52,456 nucleotides of DNA, from positions 1 to 52,456 of the forward strand of contig JAGRJP010000018.1 of assembly GCA_020442665.1 (NCBI GenBank), read 5' to 3'. The position numbers and the translations under genes are program-made. Positions 18,174 to 25,694 of this stretch are shown piece by piece; position 1 is the first letter of the stretch; each line of letters begins with the position of its first letter. This stretch comes from Lysobacterales bacterium (GTDB lineage: Bacteria; Pseudomonadota; Gammaproteobacteria; Xanthomonadales; Marinicellaceae). The notes beneath the pieces were generated by a model. That model was not told the DNA's origin. It made no database searches and worked only from the letters and a program-made list of their open reading frames with translations.

Positions 18174-18785
18174 ATGAAAATCTCAAGATCTCAGCAAAAA
18201 GAAAAAACTCGCAGAGCAATTATTGACTCGGCCATCAATCAGTTGAGTGAAGAACAAAGCTTTGCCGGTTTAAGTCTTCGTGAGGTTGCTAAACAAGCAG
18301 GAATTGCGCCAACATCTTTCTATCGACATTTTAAAGATATGGAAGAACTAGGCTTAACTCTTGTTGATGAATCCGGTCTGGCTTTGAGACAAATCATGCG
18401 AAAAGCCAGACAAAGATTTAAGAAAAACAAAAGTGTGATTGTCACATCGGTTAAAACTTTCTTTGAGTTCACCCAAACAAACCCGAATATTTTCCGCGTG
18501 TTGTTCCATGAAAGATCCGGCACAACCAAAGCTTTACGGGATGCGGTTGCCAGAGAAATCAAATATTTTATCGTTGAATTAACCGACTATATTCTGGCTT
18601 TAGGCTTTGATAAAGAGTCAGCTTATACACAGGCTGAGGCAATGGTTGCTGTGATATTTAATGCCGGAGCCGAATCCATTGCCGCAAAGCCCAGTCAAAG
18701 AAAAGAACTGGAACTCAGAGCCATCCAACAGCTACGCTACATCGCCGCTGGTGCAACATTTCTACATAAATCTGATACCCAATAA
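18174..18785 (+). CDS. TetR-family repressor of the DesT/FabR type
   Basis: 203 aa with a TetR HTH ([28 protein letters not shown]) that closely resembles FabR/DesT N-termini. It lies immediately upstream of a reductase plus desaturase cluster, as desT-desCB does in P. aeruginosa. Confidence 0.7.
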   Translation: MKISRSQQKEKTRRAIIDSAINQLSEEQSFAGLSLREVAKQAGIAPTSFYRHFKDMEELGLTLVDESGLALRQIMRKARQRFKKNKSVIVTSVKTFFEFTQTNPNIFRVLFHERSGTTKALRDAVAREIKYFIVELTDYILALGFDKESAYTQAEAMVAVIFNAGAESIAAKPSQRKELELRAIQQLRYIAAGATFLHKSDTQ

Positions 18786-18816
18786 CAATCTGATTTTAAA
18801 ATCACCAACCACTCTT

Positions 18817-18834
18817 AGAGAACATTTGTACTCT
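18817..18834. promoter_or_regulatory. Imperfect 18-bp palindrome, candidate DesT/FabR-type operator (box 1)
   Basis: AGAGAACA-TT-TGTACTCT. The half-sites are complementary at 7 of 8 positions. It lies in the repressor-to-reductase intergenic region. Confidence 0.4.
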
Positions 18835-18911
18835 ACAATTCTTTGCCAATCTAATAATTTTATATGTTTTTATGGGTTTTTATAATTTATTGTTTGTTTT
18901 GTTGATTTTTC

Positions 18912-18929
18912 AGAGTACACTTGTACGCC
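18912..18929. promoter_or_regulatory. Imperfect 18-bp palindrome, candidate DesT/FabR-type operator (box 2)
   Basis: AGAGTACA-CT-TGTACGCC with a perfect GTACA-N2-TGTAC core. It lies 29 nt upstream of the reductase ATG (18958) and shares the AGAG(A/T)ACA half-site with box 1. Confidence 0.45.
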
Positions 18930-18957
18930 ATAATTATTAAATCCAAAATATCATTCA

Positions 18958-20034
18958 ATGTTTACAGGAAAAGTTAAGTTCTTACTCGAATCAATTACAA
19001 ACAATCAGAGTTTAAAGGATTTCTTACATCCAATAACACGTTTAGTTTTCAATAAGAAACAAGATGCTTATTCAGCAAGAATAATGCAAATAAGACACGA
19101 AAACGATAGCGTCTATACTTTAGTTTTAAAGCCACAAAAGAAATGGCAAGGTTTTCAGGCCGGTCAATTTATCTCCATAACAACAGAAATTAACGGAAGA
19201 TTTTTAACCCGAACATTCAGCATTTCTTCTGCACCGGCTCAGTTCATCGAAGATAGAACGATTGAACTAACCATACAGAAACAGAATCATGGCAAAGCGA
19301 CACCTTTTCTGGGAAATCTTCTAAAGCGAGGAGATAAAGTAAGTATTTCTAAAGCTCAGGGTGATTTCGTTATCTCAGAAAATTCAGGTGCAAAACTTTT
19401 TATTGCCGGTGGCAGTGGAATCACTCCGATTAGAAGTCTTATCAAAAAGTTGGCAAAGGAATCTCAAGATTCAATCACACTCATCTATTATGCCCAAAAC
19501 CGAAAACATTTATTCAAAGATGAATTATTAACATTAACTTCAAATCATAAAGATATCAAAATACATTTGATTGACAGTTCTGTAGAGGGAAGAATTTGCA
19601 AACAGCATTTAACAGAGTATTGTAGTGACTATAAGAATCGTGAAGTTTATGTTTGCGGACCGGGTTCGATGATTCAATTCACCAACGATTTACTTAGCAA
19701 GGACTTGCCTCCAGATCAAATTCATCATGAGTATTTCGGCACACCTCCGACTTATGATATTAATGCCGAACAACAGGGAACAGTATTTTTTGAAAAATCA
19801 GAAACTAAAGTATCAGGACTCAGTTCTCCAATAAAAACGCTGCTTGAATTAGCCGAATCCAAAGGCCTTAAACCTAAAAGTTCATGCCGTATGGGTGTTT
19901 GTCATCAATGTGTTTGTAAAAAAACCAGCGGTGTTATCTACAATATTCTGACTAAAACATACTCTGATTCCGGAGCTCAAAATATCCAACCTTGTGTTTC
20001 TGTCGCCATTGGCGATGTGAATGTGGAACTCTAA
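18958..20034 (+). CDS. Ferredoxin-NAD(P) reductase fused to a 2Fe-2S ferredoxin domain (DesC-like electron donor)
   Basis: 358 aa with FAD-binding RTFSIS, NAD-binding FIAGGSGITP, and the C-terminal plant-type ferredoxin cysteine pattern CRMGVCHQCVC...C. Confidence 0.8.
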   Translation: MFTGKVKFLLESITNNQSLKDFLHPITRLVFNKKQDAYSARIMQIRHENDSVYTLVLKPQKKWQGFQAGQFISITTEINGRFLTRTFSISSAPAQFIEDRTIELTIQKQNHGKATPFLGNLLKRGDKVSISKAQGDFVISENSGAKLFIAGGSGITPIRSLIKKLAKESQDSITLIYYAQNRKHLFKDELLTLTSNHKDIKIHLIDSSVEGRICKQHLTEYCSDYKNREVYVCGPGSMIQFTNDLLSKDLPPDQIHHEYFGTPPTYDINAEQQGTVFFEKSETKVSGLSSPIKTLLELAESKGLKPKSSCRMGVCHQCVCKKTSGVIYNILTKTYSDSGAQNIQPCVSVAIGDVNVEL

Positions 20035-20036
20035 CA

Positions 20037-21125
20037 ATGAAATTATCCAAAGAAAAAGCCGCTCAATTAGAACTCGAACTCAACCAAATTAGAGATTCGG
20101 TTGTTAACGACATCGGACAAAAAGATGCCGATTACATCCGCAGAATTATTTTTATCCAAAGGCTTTGCGAAATCTTTGGAAGATTGGCTTTCTTTGGAGT
20201 TTTACTTCATCCTCTGTTTTGGATAGTTGCCGTATTGTTATTAAGTTTATCCAAAATTCTCGATAATATGGAAATCGGACATAATGTTCTCCATGGACAA
20301 TACGACTGGATGAATGACCCAACCATTAACTCGCGAAAATTTGAATGGGATATTGCCGGAGATGCACATTCATGGAAGCGAGTTCATAATTTTGAGCATC
20401 ATACATTTACCAATATTATCGGCAAAGACAGAGATTTCGGTTATGGTTTATTGCGCATGAGTGATGATTTGTCATGGAGACCGAAAAACCGCTGGCAGTT
20501 TCTTACTTTTCTGAATCTATGTCTGATATTTGAATGGGGAATTGCCTATCATGAATTGGCAGCAGAACGGGTTTTTAAAGGCAAAAAGAAAAAGAATCGT
20601 GTTTCACCACTCACCGATTCACAATTGAAAAAAATGTTTTTTTCCAAAGCATTCAGACAAATTTTTAAAGACTATATTTTTTATCCGTTGATTTGCTGGC
20701 CTATCTTTCTGCCGGTTTTACTTGGAAATATTGTTGCCAATTTGATTCGCAACTTATGGACTTCAACCATCATTTTCTGTGGGCATTTCACCGAAGGAGT
20801 TCATACTTTCAGCGAAGAAGAATGCAAAAACGAATCCAAAGGACAGTGGTATTACCGACAAGTTCTTGGCTCATCCAACCTCACAGGTCATCCTTGGTTT
20901 CACATACTAACCGGACATCTCAGTTGTCAAATTGAACACCACCTATTCCCCGACATCCCTGCGCATCGTTATGTCGAAATCGCACCCAAAGTGCAAAAAG
21001 TTCTAGAAAAATACCAAATCCCCTATAACACCGGTGGCTTTTTCAAACAATATTCAACAGTGATTAAACGAATTTTTAAATACTCGTTTCCAGTGAAAAC
21101 GAAGCTTATCGAAAACAATAGATAG
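20037..21125 (+). CDS. Membrane fatty-acid (acyl-CoA type) desaturase, copy 1 (DesB-like)
   Basis: Start set at ATG 20037, 2 nt after the reductase stop; the track extension from 19992 overlaps the reductase. Three histidine boxes are present: HNVLHG, HNFEHH, QIEHH. Confidence 0.85.
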   Translation: MKLSKEKAAQLELELNQIRDSVVNDIGQKDADYIRRIIFIQRLCEIFGRLAFFGVLLHPLFWIVAVLLLSLSKILDNMEIGHNVLHGQYDWMNDPTINSRKFEWDIAGDAHSWKRVHNFEHHTFTNIIGKDRDFGYGLLRMSDDLSWRPKNRWQFLTFLNLCLIFEWGIAYHELAAERVFKGKKKKNRVSPLTDSQLKKMFFSKAFRQIFKDYIFYPLICWPIFLPVLLGNIVANLIRNLWTSTIIFCGHFTEGVHTFSEEECKNESKGQWYYRQVLGSSNLTGHPWFHILTGHLSCQIEHHLFPDIPAHRYVEIAPKVQKVLEKYQIPYNTGGFFKQYSTVIKRIFKYSFPVKTKLIENNR

Positions 21126-21178
21126 TTTTATTAAATATTAAAAACAGATACATTGATTCAAACTTTGAATTTACATTT

Positions 21179-22261
21179 ATGAAGCTCAACAAACAACAAT
21201 ACCAACAATTAGAATCAGAACTCAATCATATAAAAAATTCTGTAATGAGTGATCTTGGACAAAAAGATGCCAATTACATTCGAAGAATCATTCTTATCCA
21301 AAGACTTTGTGAAATTTTGGGGCGAGCCTCTTTTCTTGGCGTGTTGTTGCATCCGATATTTTGGATTATCGCTGTTTTGTTACTGAGTTTAGCCAAAATT
21401 TTGGACAATATGGAAATCGGCCATAATGTTCTTCATGGGCAATACGACTGGATGAACGACCCGACAATCAATTCACAAAATTATGAATGGGATTTAGTCG
21501 GAGACGCTCACTCCTGGAGAATAGCGCATAATTTTGAACATCATACCTTTACTAACATTATCGGCAAAGACCGTGATTTTGGTTATGGTTTGTTGCGAAT
21601 GAGTCATGATTTCTCATGGAAACCCAAGAATCTCTGGCAATTCTTTACATTTCTAAGTCTTTGTTTGATATTTGAATGGGGAATTGCCTACCAATCAGCA
21701 ACCGAAAGAGTTGCTAAATGCAAAAACAAACTCAAGCAAACTTCTCTGAATCCAAAATCTCAATTGACAAAAAGATTCCTATCTAAATCATTCAGACAGA
21801 TTTTTAAGGATTATATTTTTTATCCGCTGATTTGTTGGCCGGTTTTTCTCCCTGTTTTACTCGGAAATTTTGTTGCCAATGTGGTTCGTAATTTATGGAC
21901 CTCAACCATCATTTTCTGTGGCCATTTCACTGATGGAATCCAGACTTTTACTGAAGAAGAATGTAAAAATGAATCCAAAGGACAATGGTATTACAGACAG
22001 GTTTTGGGTTCATCAAACATAAGCGGAAAACGATGGTTTCATATCCTCAGCGGACACCTCAGCTGCCAGATTGAACACCACCTGTTCCCCGATATTCCTG
22101 CTCACCGATACACTGAAATCGCTCCTAAAGTACAAAAAGTTCTGGAAAAATACCAAGTCCCATACAACACCGGTAGTTTTTTTAAGCAATACTCAACAGT
22201 TCTAAAACGAATCTTTAAATATTCTTTTCCTGAGAGGAAGAAAGTTGTGGTGTCTGAATAA
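21179..22261 (+). CDS. Membrane fatty-acid desaturase, copy 2 (tandem paralog)
   Basis: 360 aa, colinear with copy 1 along its whole length with the same three histidine boxes. By eye, roughly four fifths of residues are identical. The differences cluster at the N-terminus, a central loop (KGKKKKNRVSPLTDS vs KCKNKLKQTSLNPKS) and the C-terminus. Confidence 0.85.
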   Translation: MKLNKQQYQQLESELNHIKNSVMSDLGQKDANYIRRIILIQRLCEILGRASFLGVLLHPIFWIIAVLLLSLAKILDNMEIGHNVLHGQYDWMNDPTINSQNYEWDLVGDAHSWRIAHNFEHHTFTNIIGKDRDFGYGLLRMSHDFSWKPKNLWQFFTFLSLCLIFEWGIAYQSATERVAKCKNKLKQTSLNPKSQLTKRFLSKSFRQIFKDYIFYPLICWPVFLPVLLGNFVANVVRNLWTSTIIFCGHFTDGIQTFTEEECKNESKGQWYYRQVLGSSNISGKRWFHILSGHLSCQIEHHLFPDIPAHRYTEIAPKVQKVLEKYQVPYNTGSFFKQYSTVLKRIFKYSFPERKKVVVSE

Positions 22262-22365
22262 TAGGGTTTTCCGCAGATGGACGAAGATGAGCGCAGATAT
22301 CTTATTTGTAGTATTCAAAAGAACTGAGTTACATACTTTCGCCATTTTAACTTAACCTAAAGCCA

Positions 22366-22547
22366 GTCATTTCGACCGAGTGAAACGAGTGGAGAAATCT
22401 TTTTTTCTAACAGTTTCAGTTAATAGAGATCTCTCCATGCGCTTCGCTTAGTCGAGATGACGGAGGAATAATCATTCTCTGAATTTTTCGGTGAGAGTTA
22501 AGGGGCTTTAAAAAAAACATCGTCATGCTGAATTTATTTCAGCATCT
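22366..22547. repeat. Cluster of REP-like palindromic elements (left flank of the HEPN-like island)
   Basis: 22366..22461 is a roughly 96-nt imperfect palindrome. Its arms are GTCATTTCGACCGAGTGAAACGAGTGGAGAAATCT and AGATCTCTCCATGCGCTTCGCTTAGTCGAGATGAC. 22522..22547 (GTCATGCTGAATTTATTTCAGCATCT) is a 7-bp-stem hairpin. Its exact reverse complement recurs at 23510..23535. Confidence 0.8.
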
Positions 22548-22628
22548 CTTCAATCTTCCGTTATTTAAGTTAATTCTCATAAAGTTTTTCCACTTGTGAG
22601 GAGTTTAAGATTGATATGTTAGGCTTAG

Positions 22629-22847
22629 TTAACTTGCCACTCGGTTCTCAATTTGCTTTCGTACACTTTTTAAATAATCTTGCATGCTATTCGCTATTAG
22701 CGTGACTTCATCTGAATCAAACAAAACAACATTTCCAGATAATTCTGGCTTCAATGTCCTTGGCTGTGCTCCGGACACTTGCCGAAGAATTCTATCATTA
22801 ATTCTTGAAGAATCATGCACAATCACATGTCTTCCTGCTTGTGCCAT
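22629..22847 (-). CDS. C-terminal HEPN-like (R-x4-H) segment, probably the out-of-frame continuation of the upstream ORF
   Basis: 72-aa ORF that begins MAQAGRHVIVHDSS (R-x4-H at 22815..22832). No SD precedes its ATG. It overlaps the upstream ORF by 25 nt in the -1 frame, and that frame is already open from 22862. Confidence 0.45.
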   Translation of the reverse strand: MAQAGRHVIVHDSSRINDRILRQVSGAQPRTLKPELSGNVVLFDSDEVTLIANSMQDYLKSVRKQIENRVAS

Positions 22848-23377
22848 GATAATGTTATTTCCTTAACATCTTTCTCAATTGTAAATCCGAAATAGGTTTT
22901 AAATGCTCTACCAATACTTTTCATATCTTGAAAGGAAAGGTCGTTTTTCTCTGCTATTAAGTCTCCTAAAGACTCTTTAATATCACCGTTAAATTCAAGA
23001 AGTTGTGAAACTGATATCTTTAACTCTTCACTTTTTAGCTCGCTAGAATCACCTTTTACAGCCAAATCATTTATTCCCTTTTTAAACAAATCTGATATTG
23101 AGGATGCAAATATTGAAACCAAAAGAACAACACACTGATTGAAAATCACTTGGTATCTCGGTTTAAGTGATTCATGTTCTTTAATACTGCGTAGTAATTG
23201 AAGAGTATTTTCGGCAAGTAGGTGTGGATTATCAATATTATGTAACCTGGTCAAATTTTGCTGCAATTTTTCTAGTCCTTTTATAGCGACATTCAAGATA
23301 ATTTGGTCGAATTCCATAAGTTTAATAATATCATTTACATTATCCTTAAAAGTATTTTCTATATCCTGATAATTCAT
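22823..23377 (-). CDS. Hypothetical helical protein, likely the N-terminal part of a split HEPN-like gene
   Basis: 184-aa ORF with a strong GAGGAG SD about 6 nt upstream of its ATG. The sequence is predicted all-helical (…NQCVVLLVSIFASSISDLFKK…). I recognise no family with confidence. Confidence 0.6.
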   Translation of the reverse strand: MNYQDIENTFKDNVNDIIKLMEFDQIILNVAIKGLEKLQQNLTRLHNIDNPHLLAENTLQLLRSIKEHESLKPRYQVIFNQCVVLLVSIFASSISDLFKKGINDLAVKGDSSELKSEELKISVSQLLEFNGDIKESLGDLIAEKNDLSFQDMKSIGRAFKTYFGFTIEKDVKEITLSWHKQEDM

Positions 23378-23509
23378 ATACTCTCCTCAGAAAATTAAAA
23401 TTTTATTATATATAGCCATCAATTTATTTGCTTTTTTAATTACATGCTATCATGCTGTTTTTGCAATGTATAGTTAAGTTGTATTCATGCCGTTAAAGGA
23501 ATATATAAT

Positions 23510-23698
23510 AGATGCTGAAATAAATTCAGCATGACATATTTTTCAGATACTTACGACTTCGTGGACTTCGTCCACTTCGCTCAGTATGACGGTGTTCTTT
23601 TTAAACCCCTTACATTTCGCTGAGGAACGGAATAAAATTTGATATTAGCGAAACAAGTGTTTGAGCATAGCGAGTTTTTGTTGAGCATCAAATTTTAT
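23510..23698. repeat. Cluster of REP-like palindromic elements (right flank of the HEPN-like island)
   Basis: 23510..23535 (AGATGCTGAAATAAATTCAGCATGAC) is the exact reverse complement of 22522..22547. 23553..23580 holds three 9-nt tandem units containing ACTTCG and a GTGGAC/GTCCAC hairpin. 23632..23643 (ATAAAATTTGAT) and 23687..23698 (ATCAAATTTTAT) are perfect 12-nt inverted arms. Confidence 0.8.
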
Positions 23699-23900
23699 GA
23701 GTACCGAAGGAAACCGCAGGTCGGAATGTCGGGGCGTGCTTTCTTTTACTCATATCATCCATGATATTCGCCTTACAGGTTTGCATGAAAATTCTTTCCA
23801 GAAGAATTTTTGGTTACTTTGCTTTACACGAGTAAAGAAAAGTAACATATAATTCCGAACGAAAAGCAGGCGAATTAATGAGGTTATATCATTGATTATT

Positions 23901-24992
23901 TTAGACATTAAAGCGAAAATGTAAAACATCACCCTCTTTAACGAGATATTCTTTCCCTTCCAGTCTCAATTTCCCGGCTTCCTTACAACCGGCTTCGCCT
24001 TTGTATTGAATGAAATCATCATACGCCATGGTTTCTGCACGGATGAAGCCTTTTTCGAAATCGGTGTGGATGACTCCTGCACATTGTGGAGCGGTTGAGC
24101 CGTTTCTATAGGTCCAGGCACGGACTTCTTTGACGCCTGCCGTGAAGTAGGTTTGTAGTCCCAGAAGCTCATATCCGGCACGAATCACTCGGTCGAGTCC
24201 GGCTTCTTCCAAGCCCATTTCTTCCATAAACATTTCCTTGTCTTCGTCTTCCAAAACGGCAATCTCAGATTCAATAACGGCACAAACAGGAACAACTGAT
24301 GCGTTTTCTTTCTCTGCCATTTCACGCAATTGATCGAGAAATGGATTGTTTTCAAAACCATCTTCGGCAACATTGGCAATAAACATAACCGGTTTGGCAG
24401 TGATGAAACTGAATTCTTTGATAACGGCTTTTTCTTCTTTTGCCAGTTCCAATGCACGGATTGGCAAACCTTCTGATAATTGTGTAACGATTTTTTCCAG
24501 TACTTTGGCTCTGGCAATGGCATCTTTATTGCCTGACTTGCTTTGTTTTTGAGCTTTGAGCAGACCGCGTTCAGCGGATTCCAAATCGGCTAGTGCCAGT
24601 TCGGTATTGATGGTTTCAACATCGCTAAGCGGATTGATTTTTCCATCGACATGAACCACATCGGCATCTTCAAAACAACGAACGACGTGAGCAATGGCAT
24701 CGGTTTCCCGAATATTGGACAAAAATTGATTTCCTAAACCTTCACCTTTGGATGCTCCGGCAACCAGTCCTGCAATATCAACAAATTCCATAACAGTTGG
24801 TAAAACACGTTCAGGTTTGACGATTTCTGCCAGTTTTTGCAGTCTTGGATCGGGAACTTCAACCACACCAACATTGGGTTCAATGGTGCAAAAAGGATAG
24901 TTTGCCGCGTCAATTCCTGCTTTTGTCAAAGCATTAAAAAGCGTTGATTTTCCTACATTCGGAAGTCCGACAATTCCACATTTGAAGCCCAT
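23901..24992 (-). CDS. ychF: Ribosome-binding ATPase YchF
   Basis: 363 aa. [23 protein letters not shown]...[12 protein letters not shown]...[20 protein letters not shown], plus a TGS-like C-terminus ending [10 protein letters not shown]. Confidence 0.96.
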   Translation of the reverse strand: MGFKCGIVGLPNVGKSTLFNALTKAGIDAANYPFCTIEPNVGVVEVPDPRLQKLAEIVKPERVLPTVMEFVDIAGLVAGASKGEGLGNQFLSNIRETDAIAHVVRCFEDADVVHVDGKINPLSDVETINTELALADLESAERGLLKAQKQSKSGNKDAIARAKVLEKIVTQLSEGLPIRALELAKEEKAVIKEFSFITAKPVMFIANVAEDGFENNPFLDQLREMAEKENASVVPVCAVIESEIAVLEDEDKEMFMEEMGLEEAGLDRVIRAGYELLGLQTYFTAGVKEVRAWTYRNGSTAPQCAGVIHTDFEKGFIRAETMAYDDFIQYKGEAGCKEAGKLRLEGKEYLVKEGDVLHFRFNV

Positions 24993-25045
24993 AGTCTTTT
25001 ACCGTTCAAAAAAACGCTGAATTTTACCAAAATGTGAATTCAAAA

Positions 25046-25212
25046 GATACCCAAATCCCAATATAGAAATGCGTTTGAGAGTGTAAGTAACTGATGTGAA
25101 TAGGAAACTAGAAAAAAGTGTGGTCACCTCATTGGAGATGAGTTTTTTCTAGTTTTCAGGTGCATCAAGGACTTGTGCCATCATCGTATTTTCTATATGG
25201 GGATTTGGGTAC
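25046..25212. mobile_element. 167-nt nested imperfect hairpin, MITE-like element or structured RNA
   Basis: The outer arms are GATACCCAAATCCCAATATAGAAA (25046..25069) and TTTCTATATGGGGATTTGGGTAC (25190..25212). The inner arms are GGAAACTAGAAAAAA (25103..25117) and TTTTTTCTAGTTTTC (25143..25157). The apical stem is CTCAT/ATGAG. The 9-nt direct repeat ATGTGAATT flanks it at 25032..25040 and 25214..25222. Confidence 0.4.
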
Positions 25213-25347
25213 TATGTGAATTTCACTCACATCATGATTATACGTATAATCTCCATGATATTTAATATTTTACCTATCTTGACATCAATCAATTGAAAAT
25301 CTGCTAAATTGCATTAATATGACATTCCAATTGATTTGAGAATAAAC

Positions 25348-25683
25348 ATGTACGAAAAAACTGAGAAAAAATTAAAAAAACTCAAAAAAGAACTAAAAGC
25401 GCGATTAGCAGAAATCAAAGAAACGCTCACAGGTACTCGCAGTAAAGATTGGGAAGAAGCCGCTGTCGAAGCAGAAAATGATGAAGTTCTCGAGGGGATT
25501 TATAAAGAAGCTTCCAGTGAATTGGCGCAAGTCAAGTTCGCATTAAAAAGAATCAAACAAAATGAATATGGCGAATGCGCTGAATGCGGAGAAGAAATCA
25601 ATAAGAAACGACTAAATATTATGCCTTACACCACGCTGTGCATTCAATGTGCTCAACAATTGGAAATGCAACACCGTCGATAA
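25348..25683 (+). CDS. DksA/TraR-family C4 zinc-finger protein
   Basis: About 111 aa counted from ATG 25348 (the track ORF starts at TTG 25336). It has an N-terminal coiled coil and a C-terminal CAECGEEINKKRLNIMPYTTLCIQC (CxxC-N17-CxxC). Confidence 0.8.
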   Translation: MYEKTEKKLKKLKKELKARLAEIKETLTGTRSKDWEEAAVEAENDEVLEGIYKEASSELAQVKFALKRIKQNEYGECAECGEEINKKRLNIMPYTTLCIQCAQQLEMQHRR

Positions 25684-25694
25684 GTATAGATTTA

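Noticed and set aside
22823-22865. Programmed -1 ribosomal frameshift joining the two HEPN-like ORFs
   Set aside because: The 37-nt window in which both frames are open (GGAAATAACATTATCATGGCACAAGCAGGAAGACATG) has no X-XXY-YYZ slippery heptamer and no obvious downstream stimulatory structure. A mutation or sequencing indel is the simpler explanation.
22262-23900. Possible CRISPR array or prophage remnant in the repeat-rich gap
   Set aside because: The repeats belong to several unrelated families, are individually palindromic, and are irregularly spaced without constant-length spacers. No cas, integrase, transposase or phage structural gene is present anywhere in the window.
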